Positions 18,257 through 28,307 are shown, numbered from the stretch's first letter. The stretch is DNA of 64,000 bases from Clostridia bacterium (GCA_017427285.1 JAFRTE010000035.1:6038-70037); one strand, 5' to 3'. Notes: generated by a model from the sequence alone, not told the origin. Translations and numbers: made by a program.

Positions 18257-18859
18257 TTAATACGACGCAAAAAACAGGATGTTCAGACCGAGCATGGTCA
18301 AAATCCCGCCGAGCGCCGAAAAAAGTGCGAAAATGTATTTCTTTTCTTCGCTCAGATCAAAATAACATCTGAAAACGAAGATAAGAGATACGAATATACC
18401 GAGTATCCCGAATGAGGAGGTCGTGTTTGCGCCCGTAATAAGTCTTATTATCAGCCCGATAAGCTCGATTATAAGTCCGAACCCGAACGAATACTCAACG
18501 CTGCCGAGAAACCTTAAACCGTTTATTTCACGGTCTGCGGCTCTGCCAGCCAGATATGCGATACCCGCAAGCACAATGGCTGTAACTATGCCGACGATGA
18601 TCGCAAAAAACACTAGAAGCAGCGTTTTGAAGCCCGTAGCGGACGATAAAAACGACTGGCGTTCAAGCCCGAGATTAAGGGCAAAAAACAGATATGTAAG
18701 ACACGGCAGAAGAATACCGGCAAAAATGTATTCCGAATTACTGCGCCTGTATGCGTTTTCGGGGTGAACGCAAAGTTCTCCTATAGTATAGGCATACCGT
18801 AAAAAGTCTGTTTTAAAATCACCTTTTCTGTCCAAATTATCAATTCCTTTTATCCGCAT
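18257..18859 (-). CDS. Yip1-like membrane protein
   Basis: HPENAY followed by five TM helices, Yip1-like topology; start uncertain. Confidence 0.6.
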   Translation of the reverse strand: MRIKGIDNLDRKGDFKTDFLRYAYTIGELCVHPENAYRRSNSEYIFAGILLPCLTYLFFALNLGLERQSFLSSATGFKTLLLVFFAIIVGIVTAIVLAGIAYLAGRAADREINGLRFLGSVEYSFGFGLIIELIGLIIRLITGANTTSSFGILGIFVSLIFVFRCYFDLSEEKKYIFALFSALGGILTMLGLNILFFASY

Positions 18860-19018
18860 ATCAAAAATGCGGTTTTTGTATATCCCGACCGAACGGACAT
18901 ATACACCATAGTATAACATATTTCCGCGGATTTTGCAAGTGGGAAAATAACTTGACAAAATAACCTTTTTGTGATATTATATAAAATTATAATAATACAT
19001 ACGTAAGGATCGAAAAAT

Positions 19019-20194
19019 ATGATTTTTTCCGATAATATATCAGGCGTAAAACCGTCTGCGATAAGAGAAATATTCAAAGTGATCGGCGACCCGTCCATAA
19101 TCTCGCTTGCGGGCGGAAATCCCGATCCGTCAACGTTCCCCGCAGATAAAATGGCGGTTATTGCAAACGATCTTTTGCTTAATAATCCCACTCCCGCGCT
19201 TCAGTACGGCGTAACGGAGGGATATTCTCCACTTCGCGAACAGCTTGCAGACAGGCTTGCGAATAAATTCGGTATAAAAAAGGACGGAAACACCGTGCTT
19301 GTTTTAACGGGCGGGCAGCAGGGCATCGACCTGACAACGAAAGTCCTCTGCAACCCGGGCGATACGGTGATCTGCGAAGAACCGTCGTTTATCGGCGCGC
19401 TTAACTGCTTCCGTACTTACGGTACGAAGCTCAGGGGCATTCCGATGGAGGACGACGGCATAAATACAGACGAGCTTGAAAAGGCGCTGAAAGAAGAAAA
19501 ACGCGCAAAGCTCATATATCTTATCCCGACGTTCCAAAATCCGATGGGCGTTACGATGTCCTCGGAAAAGCGCAAAAAGGTATACGCTCTCGCGGTAAAA
19601 TACGGCGTTGCCGTACTTGAAGACAACCCCTACGGCGAACTTCGTTTTGCGGGCGACGATATCCTTCCCATTAAAGCACTCGACGAAACGGGCGCCGTCG
19701 TTTACTGCGGATCGTTTTCAAAAGTGCTTTCGCCGGGCATACGCGTCGGTTTCGTTTCCGCGCCCGAAGAAATTGCGAAAAAACTCGTTGTTGCAAAGCA
19801 GGTAACAGACGTTCACACAAATATCTTCTGGCAGATGCTCGTTTCGGAATTCCTGGAAAGATACGATATAGACGAACATATAAGCCGAATAAAAAATATC
19901 TACAAAACAAAGTGTGACTGCATTACCTCCGCGCTTGACAGATACATCCCCGCGGACAGACTGTGGCGTTCGTCGCCCGAGGGCGGAATATTTATTTACG
20001 CAAGATTTTTCGGTTTTGACGCCGGCGAGCTTAGCAAAAAGCTCATTGAAAGAAAAGTAGCCGTTGTTCCGGGTACCGCATTTCAGACGGACGAAAACGC
20101 AAAAACCGAATATGTCCGCCTTAACTACTCTATGCCGACTTGCGAAAATATAGAACGCGGAGTAAAAACGATAGGAGAATTTATAAATGGATAA
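19019..20194 (+). CDS. PLP-dependent aminotransferase class I/II (LysN/ARO8-like)
   Basis: ISLAGGNP, LQYG, PTFQNPMG, EDNPYGEL, GSFSKVLSPGIRVG. Confidence 0.92.
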   Translation: MIFSDNISGVKPSAIREIFKVIGDPSIISLAGGNPDPSTFPADKMAVIANDLLLNNPTPALQYGVTEGYSPLREQLADRLANKFGIKKDGNTVLVLTGGQQGIDLTTKVLCNPGDTVICEEPSFIGALNCFRTYGTKLRGIPMEDDGINTDELEKALKEEKRAKLIYLIPTFQNPMGVTMSSEKRKKVYALAVKYGVAVLEDNPYGELRFAGDDILPIKALDETGAVVYCGSFSKVLSPGIRVGFVSAPEEIAKKLVVAKQVTDVHTNIFWQMLVSEFLERYDIDEHISRIKNIYKTKCDCITSALDRYIPADRLWRSSPEGGIFIYARFFGFDAGELSKKLIERKVAVVPGTAFQTDENAKTEYVRLNYSMPTCENIERGVKTIGEFING

Positions 20195-21185
20195 TACGAA
20201 AAAAACGATACTCAGCGGTATTAAGCCGACGGGAACTCTGAATATAGGCGGCTATCTCGGAGCCGTTAAAAACTGGATAAAAATGCAGGACGACTACAAC
20301 TGTCTTTACTGCATAGCGGACCTTCATTCGCTGACGATACGCATAGACCCTGCCGTTTTAAGAAAAAACTCGCTCGAGCTTTTCGCTCTCTATCTTTCCT
20401 GCGGACTTGACCCCGAAAAAAACACCGTTTTCTTCCAGAGCCACGTTTCCCAGCATGCCGAGCTTGCATGGATCCTTGACTGCTACGCGATGTTCGGCGA
20501 ACTTTCAAGAATGACTCAGTTTAAGGATAAATCCGCAAAAAATGCGGAAAACATAAATGCCGGACTGTTTACATACCCTGTTCTTATGGCTGCCGATATT
20601 CTGCTTTATCAGGCAAATCTCGTTCCGGTAGGCGAAGACCAGACTCAGCACGTTGAAATCTGCCGCGATATCGCAAACAGATTCAACGGAATTTACGGCG
20701 ACGTATTCACTCTTCCCGAGGCGTATACGCCGAAGATCGGCGCAAGAGTTAAATCTCTTACCAACCCGACGGCTAAAATGTCCAAAAGCGACGACGACGA
20801 AAACGGATGCGTAAATCTGCTCGACCCGCGCGATGTCGTTATACGAAAATTCAGAAAAGCGGTCACGGACAGCGAAGCATGCGTTCGATACGCACCGGGA
20901 AAAGAAGGCATAAACAATCTTATGTCTATTTATTCCGCGGTAACGGGAAAAACCTTTGAAGAAACGGAAAAGGAATTTGACGGAAAGGGTTACGGTGATT
21001 TCAAGCTTGCCGTAGGCGAAGCGGTCGCCGATATGCTTGAGGGCATTCAGGATAAATACAAAGTTTATACCTCCGATAAAGCTCAGCTTGAAACGATTTA
21101 CAGAAACGGCGCAGACCGCGCGCGCTATATCGCAAATAAAACGCTTTCAAAAGTATACAAAAAAGTCGGTTTTGTTTTAAAATGA
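20187..21185 (+). CDS. trpS: Tryptophan--tRNA ligase
   Basis: SGIKPTG, YPVLMAADIL, VPVGEDQ, KMSKS. Confidence 0.97.
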   Translation: MDNTKKTILSGIKPTGTLNIGGYLGAVKNWIKMQDDYNCLYCIADLHSLTIRIDPAVLRKNSLELFALYLSCGLDPEKNTVFFQSHVSQHAELAWILDCYAMFGELSRMTQFKDKSAKNAENINAGLFTYPVLMAADILLYQANLVPVGEDQTQHVEICRDIANRFNGIYGDVFTLPEAYTPKIGARVKSLTNPTAKMSKSDDDENGCVNLLDPRDVVIRKFRKAVTDSEACVRYAPGKEGINNLMSIYSAVTGKTFEETEKEFDGKGYGDFKLAVGEAVADMLEGIQDKYKVYTSDKAQLETIYRNGADRARYIANKTLSKVYKKVGFVLK

Positions 21186-21631
21186 AAACTCCGAAACCGG
21201 ATAAAAACGGCAATTTCGTTTTCAGACAGTCGCTTCTCAAAACAGTACCTTTGCTGACGGTCGCCGTTTTTGCGCTTATTCTCGCCGTTCTTTCGCTGAT
21301 AACCGTTTTTACTGGCAGCTACATCAATTTAACGGAAGTTATCATCCGCACCGTTTTTTGCGCTGCGCTTTTTGCGGTTTCCGTTTTTATGCTGATAAAA
21401 AGCCCCGTATACGTTATCACATCCGAAAAAATCCTGCTTTACGGCAAATGGGAGCTTTGGTTTTCGGATATCGAAAGCGTCGAGCTGCACGACAATATTT
21501 TCGGAATGCTTGAAATAAAGGGAAAAGACGGCGGTTTCAGCATTTTTTCTCACGATATATCCTGTCCTCTGAAGGTTTTCAGCGAAATTCTTGCCGAAAG
21601 GATATCAGTATATGAACAACGAAACTCTTAA
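21182..21631 (+). CDS. Hypothetical membrane protein (2 TM plus small soluble domain)
   Basis: ATGA overlap with trpS; two hydrophobic helices. Confidence 0.7.
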   Translation: MKTPKPDKNGNFVFRQSLLKTVPLLTVAVFALILAVLSLITVFTGSYINLTEVIIRTVFCAALFAVSVFMLIKSPVYVITSEKILLYGKWELWFSDIESVELHDNIFGMLEIKGKDGGFSIFSHDISCPLKVFSEILAERISVYEQRNS

Positions 21632-22082
21632 CGTATACCGTCCGAAGCTCAGAAACGCTTTCTGGGCTGCGGGGTTTGCAGTTATCGCGGTCCCCGCCTT
21701 CATTGTTCTTTTAAACAGCGTAAATCTTCCTTCGGGCACGGCGGCGGAAAAAGCGCTGAATATAGCTGTGTTTATCCTTTCGTGGGAAGTTTTTGAAATG
21801 TCTCTGATCTCAGCGATACACTGTTTTCGCAATATTTTTTCGGGACCTTCCGTAGTGCTTACAAACGAAAAGCTCTGGGTTATGCGTAAAGGAGAGCTTG
21901 CAATCCCCGATATAGATGCGGAAAAGACCTACGTAGACAAAAATTCGGTCACTTTTTACGGTAAAGACGGCAGCGAGATAAAGGTTAAAAGCAGAATGAT
22001 CTCCATTCCCGTCGGTACTCTCGCCTATGCGGTAAAACAGCGCACAGCTGCGGTCGAAAAACAGACGGAAGGTGAAGTATGA
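21612..22082 (+). CDS. Hypothetical membrane protein (2 TM plus small soluble domain)
   Basis: In operon; SD AAGGA; same layout as upstream gene. Confidence 0.7.
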   Translation: MNNETLNVYRPKLRNAFWAAGFAVIAVPAFIVLLNSVNLPSGTAAEKALNIAVFILSWEVFEMSLISAIHCFRNIFSGPSVVLTNEKLWVMRKGELAIPDIDAEKTYVDKNSVTFYGKDGSEIKVKSRMISIPVGTLAYAVKQRTAAVEKQTEGEV

Positions 22083-22675
22083 AAATCCTTCTTACCGGTT
22101 TTGAATCGTTCGGCGGAGAAACGGTAAATCCGTCGTGGCAGGCGGCTTTAAAAACTGCAGAAAAGATAGACTTTGCGGAAGTTTTGACCGTTTGTCTTCC
22201 CGTTGAGTATTACAAATCCGTTGAAATCGCAATAAAAGCCGTCGATGATTTTTGTCCCGACGCAGTCCTTTTAACGGGACAGGCGGGCGGCAGAACATGT
22301 GTAAGCTTTGAAAACATTGCCGTGAATATTGCGGACAGCGACACGCCGGACAATGCGGGAAAAGCGCTTCACACAGTAAACTTTACGGGCGGTCCGGACA
22401 GACTTTTTTCGTCGCTTCCGTTAAAAGAAATGGTTGACGCGGTAAATAAAATCGGACTTCCGGCATATATATCCCAAAATGCGGGAAGATTTGTTTGCAA
22501 TCACGTTTTTTACGGTGTTTTAAAGCATATTTCAGATAATAACCTTAATATTAAAGCCGGCTTTGCGCACGTTCCGTTTATCCCCGCGCAGACCGTGAAT
22601 AAGCCCGAGAAACCGTCTATGTCGCTTGAAAACATAACGGAAAGCATGTTTGCGGCGCTGGCGGTATTGCGATAA
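22079..22675 (+). CDS. pcp: Pyroglutamyl-peptidase I
   Basis: ILLTGFESFGG..NPS, GQAGGR, NAGRFVCN, GFAHVP. Confidence 0.95.
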   Translation: MKILLTGFESFGGETVNPSWQAALKTAEKIDFAEVLTVCLPVEYYKSVEIAIKAVDDFCPDAVLLTGQAGGRTCVSFENIAVNIADSDTPDNAGKALHTVNFTGGPDRLFSSLPLKEMVDAVNKIGLPAYISQNAGRFVCNHVFYGVLKHISDNNLNIKAGFAHVPFIPAQTVNKPEKPSMSLENITESMFAALAVLR

Positions 22676-22686
22676 AAGGAGAAAAA

Positions 22687-23523
22687 ATGTTCACGATAGG
22701 ATGTCATCTTTCCGCTTCGGACGGATTTTTGGCTATGGCTAAAACAGCGCTTGCCGTCGGCGGAAACACGTTTCAGTATTTTTCGAGAAACCCGCGAGGC
22801 AGCAGAGCCCGTCCGCTCGATACGGAAGATATAGATAAATACGTATCTTTTGCCGCGGAAAACGGTATAAAAACGGTGCTTTGCCACGCTCCGTATACGA
22901 TGAACGCATGCTCTTCCGATCCGGGGCTTCGCGATCTGGCAAAACAGATGATGGCGGAAGATTTCTCACGTCTTTCGTATATCCCCGGCGCAATGTATAA
23001 TTTCCACCCGGGTAGCCATACGGGACAGGGAACGGAAAAGGGAATAGAAGAAATTGCAGATCTTCTCAACAACGTCCTTACCGAAGATATCAAAACTCCC
23101 GTTTTACTTGAAACAATGGCGGGAAAGGGCTCCGAAGTAGGCGGAAGATTTGAAGAAATTGCCGAAATAATCAAAAAAACCGAGCTTTCGGAAAAACTCG
23201 GCGTATGCCTCGATACGTGTCATATAAACGACGGAGGTTACGACATAGTATCAGATCTTGACGGCGTTCTTTACGAATTTGACAGAATAATCGGTCTTGA
23301 CAAGCTTTATGCCGTTCATCTCAACGACAGCATGAACCCCGTAGGCGCTCATAAAGACAGACATCAGAAGATCGGCGAGGGTACGCTCGGGATCGATACG
23401 GTAAAAAAGGTCATAAACCATAAAAAGCTGCGTGATCTTCCGTTTTTTCTCGAAACGCCAAACGAGCTTGACGGTTACGCAAAAGAAATAGCGATCTTAA
23501 AAACTCTTCGAAACGAAGAATGA
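22687..23523 (+). CDS. nfo: Endonuclease IV
   Basis: HAPY, FHPGS, LETMAGKGSE, CLDTCH, HLNDS, KDRH, LETP. Confidence 0.95.
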   Translation: MFTIGCHLSASDGFLAMAKTALAVGGNTFQYFSRNPRGSRARPLDTEDIDKYVSFAAENGIKTVLCHAPYTMNACSSDPGLRDLAKQMMAEDFSRLSYIPGAMYNFHPGSHTGQGTEKGIEEIADLLNNVLTEDIKTPVLLETMAGKGSEVGGRFEEIAEIIKKTELSEKLGVCLDTCHINDGGYDIVSDLDGVLYEFDRIIGLDKLYAVHLNDSMNPVGAHKDRHQKIGEGTLGIDTVKKVINHKKLRDLPFFLETPNELDGYAKEIAILKTLRNEE

Positions 23524-23554
23524 AATATTATAAAGAAAAGGTGTAATTTCCCCC

Positions 23555-24250
23555 ATGATGTACATTATTGACAGCGCAAATCTCGATCAGATAAGGGAGT
23601 GCGTTGAGTATTACCCCGTTGCCGGAGTTACAACAAACCCGACAATAATCTCAAGAGAGAAAACGGATTTTATCTCTCTTATAAAAAGTATCCGTGAAAT
23701 CATCGGTCCCGACAGAATGTTGCATATCCAGGCGACCTCACACGACGCGGAAGGCATAGTCAGAGAGGCCGTTTCTCTTCAGGGCATAGTAGGCGGTGAC
23801 TTTTATATAAAGATACCCGTTAATCCCGAAGGCCTTAAAGCGACTATGGCGCTCAAAAAAATGGGTATAAAAGTAACGGAAACGGCAATATTCACTCAGC
23901 AGCAGGCGATGCTTGCCGCGATAGCCGGCGCGGATTTCGTAGCTCCGTATGTAAACCGTCTTGACAATATCGTATCTGACGGCGTACACGTTGTAGGCGA
24001 AATAGTGGATATGTTCAAAATTCACGATATAAAAACGAAAGTTCTTGCCGCAAGCTTCAAAACGGTTGAACAGATACATAAAATCGCTATGGTAGGGGCG
24101 CAGGCGGTAACGATAAGCGCGGATTTGTTCCAGACCCTTACATATCATCCTCTTACTCAGTATGCCATTGACGATTTTATTGCGGACTGGGAGTCCTGCT
24201 ACGGCAAGGTAGATATCCTTCAGATAATCGAAAATCAGAAAAACAAATAA
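23555..24250 (+). CDS. Transaldolase / fructose-6-phosphate aldolase family
   Basis: GVTTNPT, IKIP, APYVNR, LAASFK. Confidence 0.92.
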   Translation: MMYIIDSANLDQIRECVEYYPVAGVTTNPTIISREKTDFISLIKSIREIIGPDRMLHIQATSHDAEGIVREAVSLQGIVGGDFYIKIPVNPEGLKATMALKKMGIKVTETAIFTQQQAMLAAIAGADFVAPYVNRLDNIVSDGVHVVGEIVDMFKIHDIKTKVLAASFKTVEQIHKIAMVGAQAVTISADLFQTLTYHPLTQYAIDDFIADWESCYGKVDILQIIENQKNK

Positions 24251-24255
24251 AGAGT

Positions 24256-24290
24256 AAAAATATCTGTCCCGAAAAGACAGATATTTTTTT
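24256..24290 (+). terminator. Intrinsic terminator
   Basis: AAAAATATCTGTC/GACAGATATTTTT stem. Confidence 0.7.
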
Positions 24291-24381
24291 GATAACTATT
24301 GCAATTAGCGTTTTGATGTGTTAAAATATATAAAGAAACATACGTTTCGAAATTGAGTAACAACAGAGAGGAAAACCTAAC

Positions 24382-26544
24382 ATGAACGGAAAAGATAATT
24401 CGCTCGCCCGTGCGGAAGAACTTCTCAAACAGCTTTCTCTCGAAGAAAAGCTTCATCAGCTCACCGCACAGATGGTATTTGATATCGACGAGGAATATGA
24501 AAGCCGGCGGCGCGACCACCTTTGCGGCTCTTACCGCAATCCCGGTCATTTTATGCACCGCGACGGCAAAATATCAACTCCCGGCGAAGTTGCGCGCCGT
24601 ATAAACCGTGACGTTGAAATAAGCATGGAAAAACAGCCCCACGCTATCCCTCCGCTCGAACACGGCGAAACGCTTCACGGCGCACAGTGGGGTATGGCAA
24701 GCATTTTTCCCCAGCCGATCGGACTTGCGTCAACTTTTGACCCCGAGCTTGTAAAGGCAGTAGGGGACGTTATAGGTAAAGAAACATCCGTGGTAGGCGT
24801 TCATCAGGCGCTTGCTCCGGTCGTTAATATCGCGCGTGACGTCCGCTGGGGACGCACGATAGAAACATTCGGCGAAGACCCCAAACTCTCATCCGATATG
24901 GGCGTTGCAATAACTCGCGGACTTGAAGAAAACGGCGTTATCGCAACACCGAAACATTTCGTTGATAACTATGCCGACGGCGGCCGCGACTCGAACTATT
25001 CCACTCACTCCGAAATAGAGCTTCGCGAAGTATATCTCAAACCGTTTGAGGCGTGCTTCAAAGAAGGTCACGCTCACGGCGTTATGGCGTCTTACAACAG
25101 CATCTTTAACGGGCTTCCCGCTCACGCCAATCACTGGCTTCTCACAAAAGTCCTTCGTGACGAATGGGGATTTGACGGAATAGTCGTTTCAGACTACGGC
25201 GGAGTTGACGGCGTTGCGGGAGCTCACGGAATAGCCAAGGATATGCCTGAAGCGTTTGCGCTCTGCCTAAAAGCAGGGCTTGACGTTACGCTCGCTTCAA
25301 TAGATTATAAAACGGTAAAGGAAGCGTGGGACAGAGGACTTCTTACCGAAGAGGATATCGACCGTCCCGTACTCAGGATCCTTAAACGGAAATTCGAGCT
25401 CGGTCTTTTCGATAAACCTTTCGCCGATCCCGACGAAGCGGACAGGACCGTCCGTTGCGACGCGCATAAGGCGATCGCGTTGAAATCGGCAAAGGAAAGT
25501 CTTGTTTTGCTTGAAAACGACGGTATCCTTCCGCTCGATAAATCAAAAATCCGCAAGCTCGGCGTTTTCGGCCCCGGCGCAGACGTATATCCTACCGGAC
25601 GCAACTACTCCGGTCCATTCGGACATCTCTGGGAAGCTCCCGACGCTTTTACGCCGCTTGAATACTTCAGAGCCAATGCGAACGGCATGGAGATAATTAC
25701 GGGCAAAGACAGCGATATCCCGTCTCTCGCTTCGGGCTGCGACGCGGTTTTGTATTTTACTACGGTTGTTGAGGGCGAGGGACTTGACCGTTCGGATCTG
25801 AAGCTTCCTTCATACCGCACGTCGGCATCGGAAGATGACGCGGCAGTGATAGTTGACAAGGCGACGCATACGGTTGAGGTCGATCAGGAAGCGTCAATAC
25901 TTGCGCTTTCAAATGCAAATCCGAATACGGTTGTCGTTTTGATGAACGGCGCGCCGGTTGATATGACCGCGTGGAAAGACAAAACACGCGCGATCCTCGA
26001 AGCGTGGTATCCCGGTGAAGCAGGCGCTGAGGCTGTTTCGGACGTGCTCTGGGGCAATTACAATCCGGGCGGCAAACTGCCCGTAAGCTGGCCGAAAAAT
26101 GTCGGACAGCTACCGCTCTTTTACGCATGCAAGCCGAGCGGACGCGGATACCGTTACGAAAACAACGACGGAAAACCGCTTTATCCGTTTGGCTACGGAA
26201 TAAGCTATACAACGTTCAGTCTTGAAAATCCGTCCGTAAAAAAGGCGGAAAACGGCTGGACCGTATCTCTCGACGTTGCAAACACGGGTGATTTTGACGG
26301 CGACGAAGTAATTCAGGTATATCTGAAAGCAAAAAATACGAAGGTAGTCCGTCCGTTAAAAGAGCTTGTTGCATATAAGCGCGTTTTTGTAAATAAAAAG
26401 GACAAAGTAAGCTTAAATATCGATATTCCCGAAACCGTAACGTATTATTACGACTCAAATACGGTATTCGGAAATCACGGCGGAGAATTTACTCTTCTTT
26501 TGGGCAATTCTGCCGAAAACACTCCGTTTGAGCTTCCCCTGTAA
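24382..26544 (+). CDS. Glycoside hydrolase family 3 (beta-glucosidase/xylosidase)
   Basis: RWGRTIETFGEDP, KHF, VVSDY nucleophile, AWYPGE, YPFGYGISYT, Fn3-like tail; no signal peptide. Confidence 0.93.
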   Translation: MNGKDNSLARAEELLKQLSLEEKLHQLTAQMVFDIDEEYESRRRDHLCGSYRNPGHFMHRDGKISTPGEVARRINRDVEISMEKQPHAIPPLEHGETLHGAQWGMASIFPQPIGLASTFDPELVKAVGDVIGKETSVVGVHQALAPVVNIARDVRWGRTIETFGEDPKLSSDMGVAITRGLEENGVIATPKHFVDNYADGGRDSNYSTHSEIELREVYLKPFEACFKEGHAHGVMASYNSIFNGLPAHANHWLLTKVLRDEWGFDGIVVSDYGGVDGVAGAHGIAKDMPEAFALCLKAGLDVTLASIDYKTVKEAWDRGLLTEEDIDRPVLRILKRKFELGLFDKPFADPDEADRTVRCDAHKAIALKSAKESLVLLENDGILPLDKSKIRKLGVFGPGADVYPTGRNYSGPFGHLWEAPDAFTPLEYFRANANGMEIITGKDSDIPSLASGCDAVLYFTTVVEGEGLDRSDLKLPSYRTSASEDDAAVIVDKATHTVEVDQEASILALSNANPNTVVVLMNGAPVDMTAWKDKTRAILEAWYPGEAGAEAVSDVLWGNYNPGGKLPVSWPKNVGQLPLFYACKPSGRGYRYENNDGKPLYPFGYGISYTTFSLENPSVKKAENGWTVSLDVANTGDFDGDEVIQVYLKAKNTKVVRPLKELVAYKRVFVNKKDKVSLNIDIPETVTYYYDSNTVFGNHGGEFTLLLGNSAENTPFELPL

Positions 26545-26575
26545 TGCGAAAATCGGAAAGCGGCGTATAAAAGTA

Positions 26576-26610
26576 AAACAGTCCCGACGGAATTTCCGTC
26601 GGGACTGTTT
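26576..26610. terminator. Bidirectional intrinsic terminator
   Basis: 16-bp stem AAACAGTCCCGACGGA/TCCGTCGGGACTGTTT. Confidence 0.85.
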
Positions 26611-26620
26611 GTAAAAAAAA

Positions 26621-27232
26621 CTATTTTCCTTCTTTTTCTTTCGGCTTGTCTTTCTCTTTTTCCTTTTCTTCTTTCGCCGCGTTGTTTATCCTGTCTATTA
26701 TTGCTGTCAGCTTGCCTGAAACGGCTTTTTCGGAATTGGCGGCAATTGTAGAGCGCAAAATAAAATCTTCAACCATTATCTCGTTTGAAGGTCCGTTAAG
26801 TTCACGCGCCTTTTTTACAGCTCCGAGAAACGCTTTTTCCTGTTCTTCGCAGAAAAGGTCGTATGCCTCCTCTATGGAATGTCTGCTCATCTGATGCTCG
26901 ATCATTCTCGTTATGGCGTTTATGGGTATAACCTGTTTAAGGATGCATATAATGAGGATATAGGCAAGATGTATCTTTGAATACTTCTTTTTTACAGGTG
27001 CGGGAATAAGACCGAGCTTTACGTAATTGTTTATCATAGACGGAGTTATCGTCTTGTTTTCTTCATCGTAAAAAACGCCGAGATATTTTTCCATAAGAGC
27101 GATCACCTGATCCATATAAAGCTCTATTTCGGGCAGTTCGCTCCATCTCGGTATGCGATATTCAAGCATCTGACTGCACCATTCCGCAATCTGACCGTCG
27201 AGTTCGCTGTTTTTAGTTCCGTTTTCGTCCAT
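26621..27232 (-). CDS. DUF1836 family putative transcriptional regulator
   Basis: PRWSELPEIELYMDQV, ITPSMINNYVK, PVKKKYS motifs. Confidence 0.9.
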   Translation of the reverse strand: MDENGTKNSELDGQIAEWCSQMLEYRIPRWSELPEIELYMDQVIALMEKYLGVFYDEENKTITPSMINNYVKLGLIPAPVKKKYSKIHLAYILIICILKQVIPINAITRMIEHQMSRHSIEEAYDLFCEEQEKAFLGAVKKARELNGPSNEIMVEDFILRSTIAANSEKAVSGKLTAIIDRINNAAKEEKEKEKDKPKEKEGK

Positions 27233-27350
27233 ATTTCGGCTCCGATCCGATTTTGATATCAATTCTGTACGTTTTGCTGTATTATAGCACATTTTTTTTG
27301 AAAATGGAAGATAGTTTGAAAATATTTCAAAAACTTGTTATTTATAACGC

Positions 27351-27393
27351 TTGACATAATTTGAGACCCGTGATATAATAGTTTTAGAAACTA
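27351..27393 (+). promoter_or_regulatory. sigmaA promoter with overlapping palindromic operator TAGTTT-N3-AAACTA
   Basis: TTGACA 27351, TG-TATAAT 27374, palindrome 27379-27393. Confidence 0.65.
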
Positions 27394-27420
27394 GATGATA
27401 TGGGAGGCGAGATTACAAAC

Positions 27421-28122
27421 ATGCATCATGTTCTCAACATATTCGGCGATTCGATTATGAAGGGCGTGCTTCTTGACGAAGCGACAAAAAAATATATCCT
27501 TTCGTCAAACGCTCCGGGCGACGAAGTGGCAAAAAATATGAATATAGACGTATTCAACAGATCGGTTTTCGGATGCACCGTTGTTAAAGGCGCAAAACTC
27601 GTCTCTTCCGCGATAGAAAAAGGCAGGGTAGGAGGGGACGGTCTCGTCCTTATAGAATACGGCGGAAACGACTGCAATTACGAATGGAAAGACGTTTCAG
27701 AGTTTCCCGAAAGCGTTCACGACCCCGTAACACCTCTGAAACAGTTTGAGAATCTTTACTCAAACCTGATCGACGGTATAAAAAAAGCGGGCATAACGCC
27801 CGTAATAATGTCTCTCCCGCCTGTTGAGCCGTCAAGGTATCTTGCATGGATAACAAAAGACGGTCTGTCTGCGGAAAATATACTGAAATGGCTCGGCGAC
27901 GTAAATATGATTTACCGCTTTCAGGAGCTTTATTCAAACGCGATATCAAAAATAGCGTATAAAACAAATTCGCTTTTTATAGACGTACGCTCGTATTTTC
28001 TCGATAAACACAATTACGGCGAACTTCTCTGCGCGGACGGCATACATCCAAACAGGGAAGGACAGAAACTCATTTCTGAAGCGTTGATAGACTTTTACAA
28101 ATCTTCCGCAGCCACGGCATAA
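27421..28122 (+). CDS. SGNH/GDSL hydrolase
   Basis: FGDSI, GGND, DGIHPN blocks. Confidence 0.92.
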   Translation: MHHVLNIFGDSIMKGVLLDEATKKYILSSNAPGDEVAKNMNIDVFNRSVFGCTVVKGAKLVSSAIEKGRVGGDGLVLIEYGGNDCNYEWKDVSEFPESVHDPVTPLKQFENLYSNLIDGIKKAGITPVIMSLPPVEPSRYLAWITKDGLSAENILKWLGDVNMIYRFQELYSNAISKIAYKTNSLFIDVRSYFLDKHNYGELLCADGIHPNREGQKLISEALIDFYKSSAATA

Positions 28123-28307
28123 CTGAAAAAATAAAAACAAAACGGCGCAGTTCAAAGCTGTGCCGCTTTATTTTATATCTGAAAAAGACGGTTTTACATA
28201 CTTCCTTCCTCATCGGAAGGCGTTTACTTTTCAGTAAACTCAGGTATTCTCTTTATTTTGGAGTTTCGGCAAAACCGACTCAGACGGATATCGCCTCTGA
28301 TTTTGCC

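Noticed and set aside
28198-28247. Hammerhead ribozyme
   Set aside because: Has CUGA but lacks the CUGANGA/GAAA/UH core in the right junction positions
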